In this document: in pieces, positions 18,548 to 26,878 of the stretch
Layout: every line of letters begins with the position of its first letter
Position numbering within the stretch: position 1 is the first letter of the stretch
Source of the DNA: Pyrinomonadaceae bacterium
GTDB lineage: Bacteria; Acidobacteriota; Blastocatellia; Pyrinomonadales; Pyrinomonadaceae
Length of the DNA: 64,000 nt
Assembly: GCA_046313635.1 (NCBI GenBank)
Contig: JBKBYA010000003.1
Coordinates: forward strand, 128,001 to 192,000
Reading direction: 5' to 3'
Notes under the pieces: generated by a model
The model's input: the letters and a program-made list of their open reading frames with translations, nothing else
What the model was told of the DNA's origin: nothing
Databases searched by the model: none
Position numbers and translations under genes: made by a program

Positions 18548-19332
18548 CGGCCCGCGACGGCGGCCGACATCTTCTGCTTGAGCGAGTCGAGCCGGCGTCG
18601 AGCCTCGGGAGCCTCGCTCGACTCGGGAAAGCGTCTGACGATCTCGCTCCAGCTCGCCCCGTCATAGTGAAACGTACGCTTCGCCGGATCGAACAAAAAG
18701 ATCACGCCCAATCTGCGATAGCGGTCGAGACTCACAAAATTCAAATAATAACTGTGCTGAGGTGCACCGCCCGCGGCCATCACGCGTCGATCGAGGCGGC
18801 TGTTTGCGTCCCTTGATAGCTTGGCCGCGATCTGCTCGAGCAGATCGCCGTACAGCAAAAGCATCGGGGAGCGAAATCGCGAATTAGGGTAAAGCTCAAA
18901 AAACGCCTGCACGAGCTCGATCTGGTCAAACCCGTCCTCGGCCTGTGCGAGCCGCGCGAGACGCTCCTCGTCGCCCGCACGAAACTTGCCAAAGACCGCG
19001 TCCGCCTGCACCCATCCGCCGGCCGACGGCGGTGCCGAGACTTTGTAGAATCTCACACCGTCGGCCTCGGCCGCGGCGAGGATCTGCACGCGGCGGCCGC
19101 GGCTCATCCGCTGGACGGGCGTTGCAAACAGGCTCGGCCGCGTGCGCAGTACCGACAGCCATTCGTCGATCACGACGGCGGTCGAGCCGATCTCGCGTGC
19201 CGTCTGTTGAATTGCCGTTCGACCGCCGGGACGGGGCCCGGCCTGGCGGGTTTGGGCCGGCGATGCCGTCGAGCAACAGGCGATCAGAAGGGCAGCGGCA
19301 AACAATGGGGTCGTCAGACGCTTTATGTTCAT
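18544..19332 (-). CDS. Secreted SH3-like domain hypothetical protein
   Basis: Signal peptide; SVLRTRPS...FYKV...GWV bacterial SH3-like pattern followed by a helical region. Confidence 0.6.
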   Translation of the reverse strand: MNIKRLTTPLFAAALLIACCSTASPAQTRQAGPRPGGRTAIQQTAREIGSTAVVIDEWLSVLRTRPSLFATPVQRMSRGRRVQILAAAEADGVRFYKVSAPPSAGGWVQADAVFGKFRAGDEERLARLAQAEDGFDQIELVQAFFELYPNSRFRSPMLLLYGDLLEQIAAKLSRDANSRLDRRVMAAGGAPQHSYYLNFVSLDRYRRLGVIFLFDPAKRTFHYDGASWSEIVRRFPESSEAPEARRRLDSLKQKMSAAVAGR

Positions 19333-19353
19333 TATTTTGGGGGCGGACCAGAT

Positions 19354-19875
19354 CTACCGCCTGCGGCCGGGGGACCGTCCTTTGGCACTCTCGATCCTGC
19401 TTTTCATCCCGGCGTGATGAAAGTGGCAGATAGCGATCGCGAGAGCGTCAGAAGCGTCGTGCGGCTGTGGGATCGCCTTGAGACGGAGCAGTATGCGGAC
19501 CATCTCCTGCACCTGAGTCTTTTCGGCGTTGCCGTAACCGACGACGGTTTGCTTGATCAAACGCGGGCTGTACTCGGCGATCTCGATGCCTCTCTGCTCG
19601 GCCAGCAGCAGCATCGTACCGCGCACCTGACCGAGCTTAAGAGCGACGCCGACGTTGACCGCGTAAAAGGTATCTTCGACCGCCAGAACGTCCGGCGAAT
19701 AGCGGTCGACGATCTCGTCGACACCTTTGTAAACATTGAGCAGCCGCTTTGAGAACTGCTGCCCCGGACTCGATCTGACGGTGCCAAAGTCGATAAGCGT
19801 GTATTTGAGTCCGCTCCCTTCGACAACGCCCCAACCGAGCGTCTCGCTCCCGGGATCGATACCTAAAACGCGCAT
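19354..19875 (-). CDS. ruvC: Holliday junction resolvase RuvC
   Basis: MRVLGIDPG, LAVE, KLGQVRG, GYGNAEK.QV, DASDALAIAICH. Confidence 0.96.
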   Translation of the reverse strand: MRVLGIDPGSETLGWGVVEGSGLKYTLIDFGTVRSSPGQQFSKRLLNVYKGVDEIVDRYSPDVLAVEDTFYAVNVGVALKLGQVRGTMLLLAEQRGIEIAEYSPRLIKQTVVGYGNAEKTQVQEMVRILLRLKAIPQPHDASDALAIAICHFHHAGMKSRIESAKGRSPGRRR

Positions 19876-20007
19876 TCGGTTATATTCGGATGACGACTGA
19901 AATTTGCCCCAAAGCTTACAAAACCGCCTGCGGCAAAGCAAGCGTTTTCTAAATCACCTGACGTTTTGCAATAATATCGCCGTGTCGTCAGCAGCAGTCG
20001 AACCCCA

Positions 20008-20928
20008 ATGAACGATACCGCAATATCAGTCACGCCTCTGCGAGCCTCGGCGCGCACGCTGCTCAACGGTGCGATCGACTACGCCGGGCTCTTTCCGCCG
20101 TCGCAGCTGTCGATGGCGGACGCGGTGACGAATTACGCACTCAACCGAGCGAGCGTCCACAGCTGGATGCTCGGACGATTTGTCGTGCCGGCCGCGAGGC
20201 TCGCCGAATTTCGCGAGCATGCCGAACCCTACGTCGCGAATCCCGGCCGCTCGCCCTGGCACCTGAGCGTGCTCGCCGGCGAGGACGTTTACGAGTCGAT
20301 CAAGACGATCGTTGATTTTAATCGGGACAACGCCGGGCAAGTGATCGCCGACTCTTTTGAGGTCAGGGCGAGCACGCCTTCAAAGATCGAGAATACGGTC
20401 GACGCGCTGCCTGATTGGCTTATCGCGTATTTCGAGCTGCCGATCGACGCGCCGCACTTCGCCGAGCTGATCTCGACCGTGGCAGTCAACAAGCAGCGTG
20501 CAAAGATCAGAACGGGCGGCGTGACGGCCGACGCATTCCCGCGGTCGCGCGACGTGATCCGCTTTGTCCGCACATGCACGGCGGCAAACGTGCCATTCAA
20601 GGCGACGGCCGGTCTGCATCATCCGATCCGGTGCTTCAAGCCGCTCACGTACGAGCCCGACGCTCCGCAGGGCACGATGCACGGCTTCCTGAATTTGTTT
20701 CTGATGACGGCCTTTGCCCGGCAAAGCTTTCCGCCCGGGCTGCTCGAGGAGCTGATGGAAGAGGAGTTTGAGGAGGCCTTCAGTTTTTCGGATACGCACG
20801 TCGCCTGGCGCGATCACGAGCTCGCTCTCTGGCAGCTCGAACGCACCCGCCGCTTCGGCATCCAGTCCTTCGGCTCGTGCTCGTTCGAAGAGCCGGTCGA
20901 GGATCTAAAAGCACTCGGGCTGCTGTAG
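20008..20928 (+). CDS. Conserved hypothetical protein upstream of fahA
   Basis: IDYAGLFPP, AKIRTGG, PFKATAGLHHP, HGFLN, SFGSCSF.EP motifs; enzyme-like, function unknown. Confidence 0.75.
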   Translation: MNDTAISVTPLRASARTLLNGAIDYAGLFPPSQLSMADAVTNYALNRASVHSWMLGRFVVPAARLAEFREHAEPYVANPGRSPWHLSVLAGEDVYESIKTIVDFNRDNAGQVIADSFEVRASTPSKIENTVDALPDWLIAYFELPIDAPHFAELISTVAVNKQRAKIRTGGVTADAFPRSRDVIRFVRTCTAANVPFKATAGLHHPIRCFKPLTYEPDAPQGTMHGFLNLFLMTAFARQSFPPGLLEELMEEEFEEAFSFSDTHVAWRDHELALWQLERTRRFGIQSFGSCSFEEPVEDLKALGLL

Positions 20929-20934
20929 GCCAAG

Positions 20935-21139
20935 GGCGGAAACCCGACCGGTAAGGAGGATGTTCTTCCCGAAGGTGGAAACCTGACCGCTCGAGAGAAG
21001 TGGGAATCAACGCGATGCCCAACCTGGATAGGACAAAGGCGGAAACCCGACCGGTAGGGAGGGTGTTCTTCCCGAAGGTGGAAACCTGACCGCTCGAGAG
21101 GAGGTCGGAATTAACGCAATGCCCAATCTTGATTGGGAC
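20935..21139 (+). repeat. ~103-bp tandem duplication carrying REP copies (GGCGGAAACCCGACCGGTAGGGAGGGTGTTCTTC) and the RAYT 5' end
   Basis: Units start at 20935 and 21038; both end in ATGCCCAA.CT.GAT.GGAC. Confidence 0.9.
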
Positions 21140-21637
21140 GCCAACGAAGCTCCGCTCGCCTATCTGATCACGTTTCGCACCTTCGGCACGTGGCTGCATG
21201 GCGACGATCGATACTCGGTCGATCGGCACGGCAAGACTATCTACGGTGCTCCGAAGATCGCTCCGAACGAAAGGCTTACGGCGATCATGTCCGAAAAGCA
21301 GCGGAGTGACGATTTTAGGTTGGACGGCAGACAAAGAGCCGTCGTCGAATCTGCGATCCGTGCGGTCTGTGAGGTTCGGGTTTATGCCTTACCGGCCTTG
21401 AATGTCAGAACAAATCACGTTCATTCCGTGGTATCGGCGCAGAAACGGCCGGAGTTGGTAATGAACTCCTTCAAGGCAAATGCGACCCGCGAACTTCGCG
21501 CCGCGGGACTAATATCTCCCGACCAACTGGTCTGGTCGCGAGGCGGCAGTACCAGATATTTGTGAAAGCCGAGTCACGTCGACCGTGCGATCGAATACGT
21601 GCTGTACGGCCAGGGCGAGGACCTGCCGAAGTTTTAG
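21119..21637 (+). pseudogene. REP-associated tyrosine transposase (RAYT, Y1 HUH), in-frame TGA at 21563-21565
   Basis: YLITFRTFGTWLHGD, HUH motif NHVH, W.RGGSTRYL-stop-KPSHVDRAIEYV..GQ; frame continues to TAG at 21637; flanked by inverted REPs. Confidence 0.85.
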
Positions 21638-21669
21638 GCGATGGATTGACCGGTCTGGTTTTCAGGGAA

Positions 21670-21783
21670 GAAGAACACCCTCCCTACCGGTCGGGTTTCC
21701 GCCTGCGTGGCCGACCCGACCGAAAATGGCAGAGACACTCAGTTGTGCGAGATAGGCAGAAACCCGACCGGTAGGGAGGGTGT
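21670..21783. repeat. REP doublet downstream of RAYT (inverted copy 21670-21704, direct copy 21754-21783)
   Basis: GAAGAACACCCTCCCTACCGGTCGGGTTTCCGCCT is the exact reverse complement of the upstream REP. Confidence 0.9.
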
Positions 21784-21801
21784 CAAAAGACAAGAAAGAC
21801 G

Positions 21802-23124
21802 ATGACCTACGAGATCAACGAAACCCACGACCCGAACCTGCGCAGCTGGGTCGAATCGGCCAACGACCCGAATAGCGATTTTCCGATACAGAATTTGCCC
21901 TTTTGCATCTTTGCGATTCCGGAGAACAGGGATATGCCTCGAGTCGGCATCCCGATCGGCGACAAGGTCGTGGACCTGTGGGGCTTGTACAGCAGCGGGC
22001 TTATCGACTCGACAACGCGTGCCGCAGCAGTTGCGGGGTCTGAGAATTCACTAAACAAGCTGGCCTCCGATCAGAACTCTTACCGAGCGTTGCGAAGCAG
22101 GCTCGCGCACCTGCTGTCCGAGGCGGCGGGCGATGCTGATCGGAATGCTCTAGCCCCACACCTAAAAGACCGGTCGGCTTGCAGCTTTTTCACTCCTGCC
22201 TTGATCGGCGACTACACCGACTTCTACTGCTCCATCTACCACGCCACGAATGTCGGCTCGATGTTCCGGCCGGACAATCCGTTGATGCCGAATTACAAGT
22301 GGGTGCCGATCGGGTATCACGGGCGCGCTTCGAGCATAGTGGTGTCGGGGACGGACATTAAACGGCCGAAAGGGCAGAACCGCAGCGACCAGGAAAAGCC
22401 GCCCGTTTTCGGGCCGTGCAAAAATCTCGATTACGAGATGGAGCTCGGGTTTTTTGTCGGGCGTGGGAATGAGCTAGGCAAACCGATACCGATCTCCGAG
22501 GCCGAGGAGCACATCTTCGGCGTATGCCTCGTGAACGACTGGTCGGCGCGGGACATTCAGGCTTGGGAGTACCAGCCGCTCGGGCCGTTTCTCGCGAAGA
22601 ACTTCGCGACGACCATCTCTCCATTCGTCGTGACGATGGAAGCGCTGGCGCCTTTCAGGACGAAAGCGTTCGAGCGCGACCCCGAAGATCCGCGGCCTCT
22701 GCCTTATCTGAGCGATGAACAAAACGAAAAATTCGGCGGGCTCGACATCAATCTCGAGGTCTACATCCAGACCGAAAAGATGCGTGCCGAGAATATCGAG
22801 CCGCACCTTCTATCGCGTTCCAACACCAGAGATCTCTATTGGACGGTCGGCCAGATGCTCACGCACCACGCCTCGAACGGCTGCAACCTCCAAACCGGCG
22901 ACCTGATGGCGACCGGCACCGTCTCAGGCCGTGAAAAGCACGAACGCGGCTGCATGCTCGAACTCACATGGCGCGGCAAAGAGCCTATCGAACTGCCGTC
23001 GGGCGAGCAGCGACGCTTCCTTGAAGACGGCGACGAGATCATCATGCGCGGCTACTGCGAACGCGAAGGCTTTCGCCGCATCGGCCTAGGCGAATGCCGC
23101 GGCCGCATCCTCCCGGCGGATTAG
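21802..23124 (+). CDS. fahA: Fumarylacetoacetase
   Basis: DFPIQNLPF, GDYTDFY.SIYHATNVG, PIGYHGRASS, LDYEMELG, NDWSARDIQAWEYQPLGPF. Confidence 0.96.
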   Translation: MTYEINETHDPNLRSWVESANDPNSDFPIQNLPFCIFAIPENRDMPRVGIPIGDKVVDLWGLYSSGLIDSTTRAAAVAGSENSLNKLASDQNSYRALRSRLAHLLSEAAGDADRNALAPHLKDRSACSFFTPALIGDYTDFYCSIYHATNVGSMFRPDNPLMPNYKWVPIGYHGRASSIVVSGTDIKRPKGQNRSDQEKPPVFGPCKNLDYEMELGFFVGRGNELGKPIPISEAEEHIFGVCLVNDWSARDIQAWEYQPLGPFLAKNFATTISPFVVTMEALAPFRTKAFERDPEDPRPLPYLSDEQNEKFGGLDINLEVYIQTEKMRAENIEPHLLSRSNTRDLYWTVGQMLTHHASNGCNLQTGDLMATGTVSGREKHERGCMLELTWRGKEPIELPSGEQRRFLEDGDEIIMRGYCEREGFRRIGLGECRGRILPAD

Positions 23125-23301
23125 GTCAGAACCGCCTCGCATTAGCGGGCGGGTTCTTACACCGCCGAGACGCCGAGGCGCGGAGAAGAACAAGACAGGA
23201 ATTTGACCGCGGATTAGGTCAGAACCGGCTCGCGTCAGCGGGCGGGTTCTTACACCGCCGAGACGCCGAGGCACGGAGAAGAACAAGACAGGGAATTGAC
23301 C
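23116..23301 (+). repeat. 93-bp tandem duplication containing a REP-like hairpin and 9-mer repeats
   Basis: Units 23116-23208 and 23209-23301; GAACCGCCTCGCATTAGCGGGCGGGTTC hairpin, CGCCGAGAC-type repeats. Confidence 0.85.
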
Positions 23302-23385
23302 ACAGATCGACACGGATGCCCACAGATCAGAAAGATCTTACCCATCTTTTCTGATCCGCGCCCATCCGCGCAGATCCGCGGCCAA
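23297..23385. repeat. Inverted decamer repeat hairpin (CACAGAT-spaced / ATCCGCG-spaced)
   Basis: CACAGATCGA CACGGATGCC CACAGATCAGAAAGAT ... ATCTTTTCTGATCCGCG CCCATCCGCG CAGATCCGCG. Confidence 0.7.
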
Positions 23386-23435
23386 ACATCTCTTGCGGCG
23401 TCCGCGTACCAATCCATTTTGCTAGAATCATTCTC

Positions 23436-24422
23436 ATGCCGACCGAAACGGGATTGACCGAAGCGGACGTCCGGCGCGTGGGCGCTCGAGGCGAGGTCGA
23501 CGATCTCGCCGACGTCATCGCCGTCGAGGAGCCGCTCGAGATCCGCATCGGCTTGCGAGTGAACGGCAAGCTCGAGCACCGCGCGATCTCGATCACGATG
23601 CGGACCCCAGGCGACGACTTTTCGCTCGCCGCCGGCTTCCTCTTTACCGAAGGCATCGTCAAGTCGCCGGCGGAGGTCGCCGAGATCAAATACTGCCGAT
23701 CGATTGCGGATTTCGGATTGCGGATCGCGGATGCAAAGACTGGAGCCGATTCCAAATTCCAAATTCCAAATTCCAGATCTCAAATTTCAAATTCACAAAT
23801 CTCAAATCCGAAATCCGCAATCCGCAATCCGCAATCGAATACCGTTCGCGTCGATCTCGCTGACGGCGTCCATGTCGACTTCAAGAAGCTCGAACGTCAC
23901 TTTTACACGACATCGAGCTGCGGCGTGTGCGGCAAGAGCTCGATCGAAGCGCTGCACACCGGTGCAACAAAGATCGACTCAAGATCATTCGAGCCGGTCG
24001 GTGCCGAGGTGATCCATCGTCTGCCATCGGCGGCGCTTGCGGCGCAGCTTGCGTTCGAGAAGACGGGCGGGCTGCATGCTTCGGTGCTCTTCGATCGCGA
24101 AGGAAAGATCGACACCGTCTGCGAAGACGTCGGCCGCCACAACGCGCTCGATAAGGCGATCGGTCGAAAGTTTTTGATCGGCGAGACGCCGCTCTCCGAC
24201 CGAATTCTTCTGGTCAGCGGACGGGCGAGCTTTGAGCTTGTGCAAAAGGCTTTGATGGCCGGCATCCCGATCCTCGCGGCCGTCGGCGCGCCGTCGAGTC
24301 TTGCGGTCGAGCTGGCGAGTGAATTCGGGATGACGCTGATCGGCTTTGTGCGCGAGGAGCGATTCAATATTTACACCGGCGCCGAGCGGGTCAGGTCGCC
24401 GGCGAACGGAGCGTCTTTTTGA
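23436..24422 (+). CDS. fdhD: Formate dehydrogenase accessory sulfurtransferase FdhD, with in-frame repeat insertion
   Basis: EEPLEI, TMRTPG.D..LAAGFLFTEG, TSSCGVCG, TGGLHA, EDVGRHNALDK, SGRASFELVQK. Confidence 0.95.
   Translation: MPTETGLTEADVRRVGARGEVDDLADVIAVEEPLEIRIGLRVNGKLEHRAISITMRTPGDDFSLAAGFLFTEGIVKSPAEVAEIKYCRSIADFGLRIADAKTGADSKFQIPNSRSQISNSQISNPKSAIRNPQSNTVRVDLADGVHVDFKKLERHFYTTSSCGVCGKSSIEALHTGATKIDSRSFEPVGAEVIHRLPSAALAAQLAFEKTGGLHASVLFDREGKIDTVCEDVGRHNALDKAIGRKFLIGETPLSDRILLVSGRASFELVQKALMAGIPILAAVGAPSSLAVELASEFGMTLIGFVREERFNIYTGAERVRSPANGASF
23700..23838. repeat. Palindromic heptamer element inside fdhD
   Basis: 33-nt arms (GATTGCG)n / (CGCAATC)n with 3 mismatches; inner (TTCCAAA)n array; 46 codons with no stop. 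Confidence 0.9.
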
Positions 24423-26731
24423 TGAGCGAGCAAAACGAACAAGCGGAGCTTTCTAACCTGCACGTCAGCGAGCCGCCCGAGACCTCGGCCGGCCGCCATG
24501 CGATCGAGAGCGCTCTGAAGCAGGTCTTTGGCAAGGCCGGCGTCGTCCGCGGCGTACGCGGTCTGCTCAATCTGAATCAGAAGGGCGGCATAGACTGCCA
24601 GTCGTGCGCGTGGCCCGATCCCGAGCACCGGACGATCAACGAATTTTGCGAGAACGGCGCCAAGGCGCTCGCCGACGAGGCGATGACCGCGACGATCGGA
24701 CGCGATTTTTTTGCGCGGTACAGCGTCGACGAGCTTGCCGCCCGAGACGATCATTGGATCAACGCGCAAGGACGCATTGCCGAGCCGGTCGTGCTGCGCG
24801 AAGGCTCGCAGCATTACGAGCCGATCTCGTGGGACGACGCTTTCCAAATGATCGCGGGTGAACTCAACAACCTCGACTCGCCCGACGAGGCGATCTTTTA
24901 CACTTCGGGCCGCACGTCGAACGAGGCGGCGTTCTTGTATCAGCTTTTTGTGCGGCAGTTCGGGACAAACAATCTGCCCGACTGCTCCAATATGTGCCAC
25001 GAATCGACGAGCGTCGCGCTCGCCGAATCGATCGGCCTCGGCAAAGCGACCATTCGACTCGAAGACCTCGAGACGACCGACCTCGTCATCGTCATCGGCC
25101 AAAACCCCGGCACCAACGCGCCGCGGATGCTCTCGAGCCTGCGCAAGGCAAAGCAGAACGGCGCTCGGATGATCGCGATCAACCCGCTTCGCGAGGTCGG
25201 GCTGATGAGCTTTGTCGACCCGAATCCACAGCATTACAAAAATCCGCTCAGGTACCCGCTCGCGCTCGTTGCCGACCAGGCGACACCGCTTGCCGACCTG
25301 CATCTGCCGCTGCGGATCGGCGGCGATTCGGCGGTGATGAAGGGATTGATGAAGTCGCTCCTCGAGCGTGAGCGTGCAAATCCGGGGACGGTGCTCGATC
25401 GGGAATTCATCGATCGATACACCGAAGGCTGCGACGAGCTCATCAGATCGGTCGACGAAGCGAGCTGGGACGAGATCGTTAAATATTCCGGCCTCACTCG
25501 CGAGCAGATCGACGAGGCTGCGGAGTTGATCGCGACGACCGAGACGATGGTCACGTGCTGGGCGATGGGCGTGACGCAGCATCGCGAGGCGGTGGCGGTG
25601 ATCAGGGACATCGTCAATCTTCACCTGCTGCGCGGGATGATCGGCAAGCCGCGTGCGGGGCTGTGCCCGGTGCGTGGTCACTCGAACGTGCAGGGCGACC
25701 GCACGATGGGCATCTGGGAAAAGATGAAGCCGGAGTTTCGGCTGAATCTGGAAAAGGAGTTTGGCTTCAAGACGCCGCAGCACGACGGCTACGACACCGT
25801 CGAGAGCATCGCGGCGATGTGCGACGGACGGGCAAAGGTCTTTTTTGCGATGGGCGGCAATTTCCTCGTAGCCTCGCCCGACACCGAGACGGTCGCCGAA
25901 GGATTGAGAAACTGTCGTTTGACCGTGCAGGTGCTTACCAAGCTCAACCGCACCGCGCTCGTGCCGGGCAAACTGTCGCTCATTCTGCCGTGTCTCGGCC
26001 GCTCCGAGATCGACCGGCAAGCGTCGGGTGAGCAGTTTGTCTCGACCGAGAGCACGATGCTCAACGTGCAGATGTCGAAGGGAATCTACGAGCCGGTCAG
26101 CGAGCACCTTCGGAGCGAGCCGTGGATCGTCGCGCAGCTTGCCAAGGCGACGCTCGGCGACCGCACGACCGTCGACTGGGACGCGATGGCCGCCGATTAC
26201 GACAACATCCGCGACGCGATCTCGCGCGTCGTCGCGGGCTGCGAGAATTACAACGAGAGAATCCGCGTGCCGGGCGGATTTTATCTGCCCAATCCGCCGC
26301 GCGAACGAGTCTTTAACACGCCGGGCGGGAAGGCGCTCTTTCACGCCTCGCCGATGGAAAAGATCGATCTCGCGCCGGGCCGCCTGCTGATGACGACGAT
26401 CCGTTCGCACGATCAGTTCAACACGACGATCTACGGTCTGTCAGACCGCTACCGCGGCATCGATGGCGGTCGTCGCGTCGTGTTTATGAACGAAAAAAAT
26501 ATCGCGGACCTCGGCCTCGCCGCGGGCGACGTCGTTGACATCACAAGCCACTTCACCGACCGCCAGCGCCGCGCACACGGCTTTGTCGTCGTGCCCTACG
26601 AGATCCCGGTCGACTGCTGCGCGACGTACTTTCCCGAGGGCAACGCGCTTGTGCCGCTGACGAGCGTCGCCAAATTCAGCCGCACGCCGACATCGAAGTG
26701 CGTCGTCGTCTCGATCGGGCCGGCGGAGTGA
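24422..26731 (+). CDS. FdhF/YdeP-family molybdopterin oxidoreductase
   Basis: NQKGGIDCQSCAWPDP, EFCENGAKA, YTSGRTSNEAA, NNLPDCSNMCHE, RGHSNVQGDRTMG, TIRSHDQFNTTIYG. Confidence 0.93.
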   Translation: MSEQNEQAELSNLHVSEPPETSAGRHAIESALKQVFGKAGVVRGVRGLLNLNQKGGIDCQSCAWPDPEHRTINEFCENGAKALADEAMTATIGRDFFARYSVDELAARDDHWINAQGRIAEPVVLREGSQHYEPISWDDAFQMIAGELNNLDSPDEAIFYTSGRTSNEAAFLYQLFVRQFGTNNLPDCSNMCHESTSVALAESIGLGKATIRLEDLETTDLVIVIGQNPGTNAPRMLSSLRKAKQNGARMIAINPLREVGLMSFVDPNPQHYKNPLRYPLALVADQATPLADLHLPLRIGGDSAVMKGLMKSLLERERANPGTVLDREFIDRYTEGCDELIRSVDEASWDEIVKYSGLTREQIDEAAELIATTETMVTCWAMGVTQHREAVAVIRDIVNLHLLRGMIGKPRAGLCPVRGHSNVQGDRTMGIWEKMKPEFRLNLEKEFGFKTPQHDGYDTVESIAAMCDGRAKVFFAMGGNFLVASPDTETVAEGLRNCRLTVQVLTKLNRTALVPGKLSLILPCLGRSEIDRQASGEQFVSTESTMLNVQMSKGIYEPVSEHLRSEPWIVAQLAKATLGDRTTVDWDAMAADYDNIRDAISRVVAGCENYNERIRVPGGFYLPNPPRERVFNTPGGKALFHASPMEKIDLAPGRLLMTTIRSHDQFNTTIYGLSDRYRGIDGGRRVVFMNEKNIADLGLAAGDVVDITSHFTDRQRRAHGFVVVPYEIPVDCCATYFPEGNALVPLTSVAKFSRTPTSKCVVVSIGPAE

Positions 26732-26878
26732 CGACCGTGCGGACCGGTCGATTGCGAGCGGCACGGGCTTTTAATACAGCATCAAACGTAAGCTAGATCT
26801 TTTTAGTTGGCATCGTCGGTTCGCGAGCGCCTCGGCACTTGTGCGAAAATTACCCTTCACGTCGCGAGACTTTTTTCG

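Noticed and set aside
21563..21565. Selenocysteine or alternative genetic code readthrough of the RAYT TGA
   Set aside because: TGA terminates many genes here, the position looks like a Trp site rather than Cys, and no convincing SECIS follows
20935..23385. Possible CRISPR array in the repeated segments
   Set aside because: Only two units each, with the whole unit duplicated rather than unique spacers; inverted copies are present and there are no cas genes
24371..26410. 679-aa ORF antisense to the FdhF/YdeP gene (similar shadows at 9130-10236, 38814-39920, 40512-41579, 55874-57382, 58536-59957, 60036-61274, 62295-63668)
   Set aside because: These lie opposite well-supported genes, have no recognisable motifs, and are expected from high-GC codon bias
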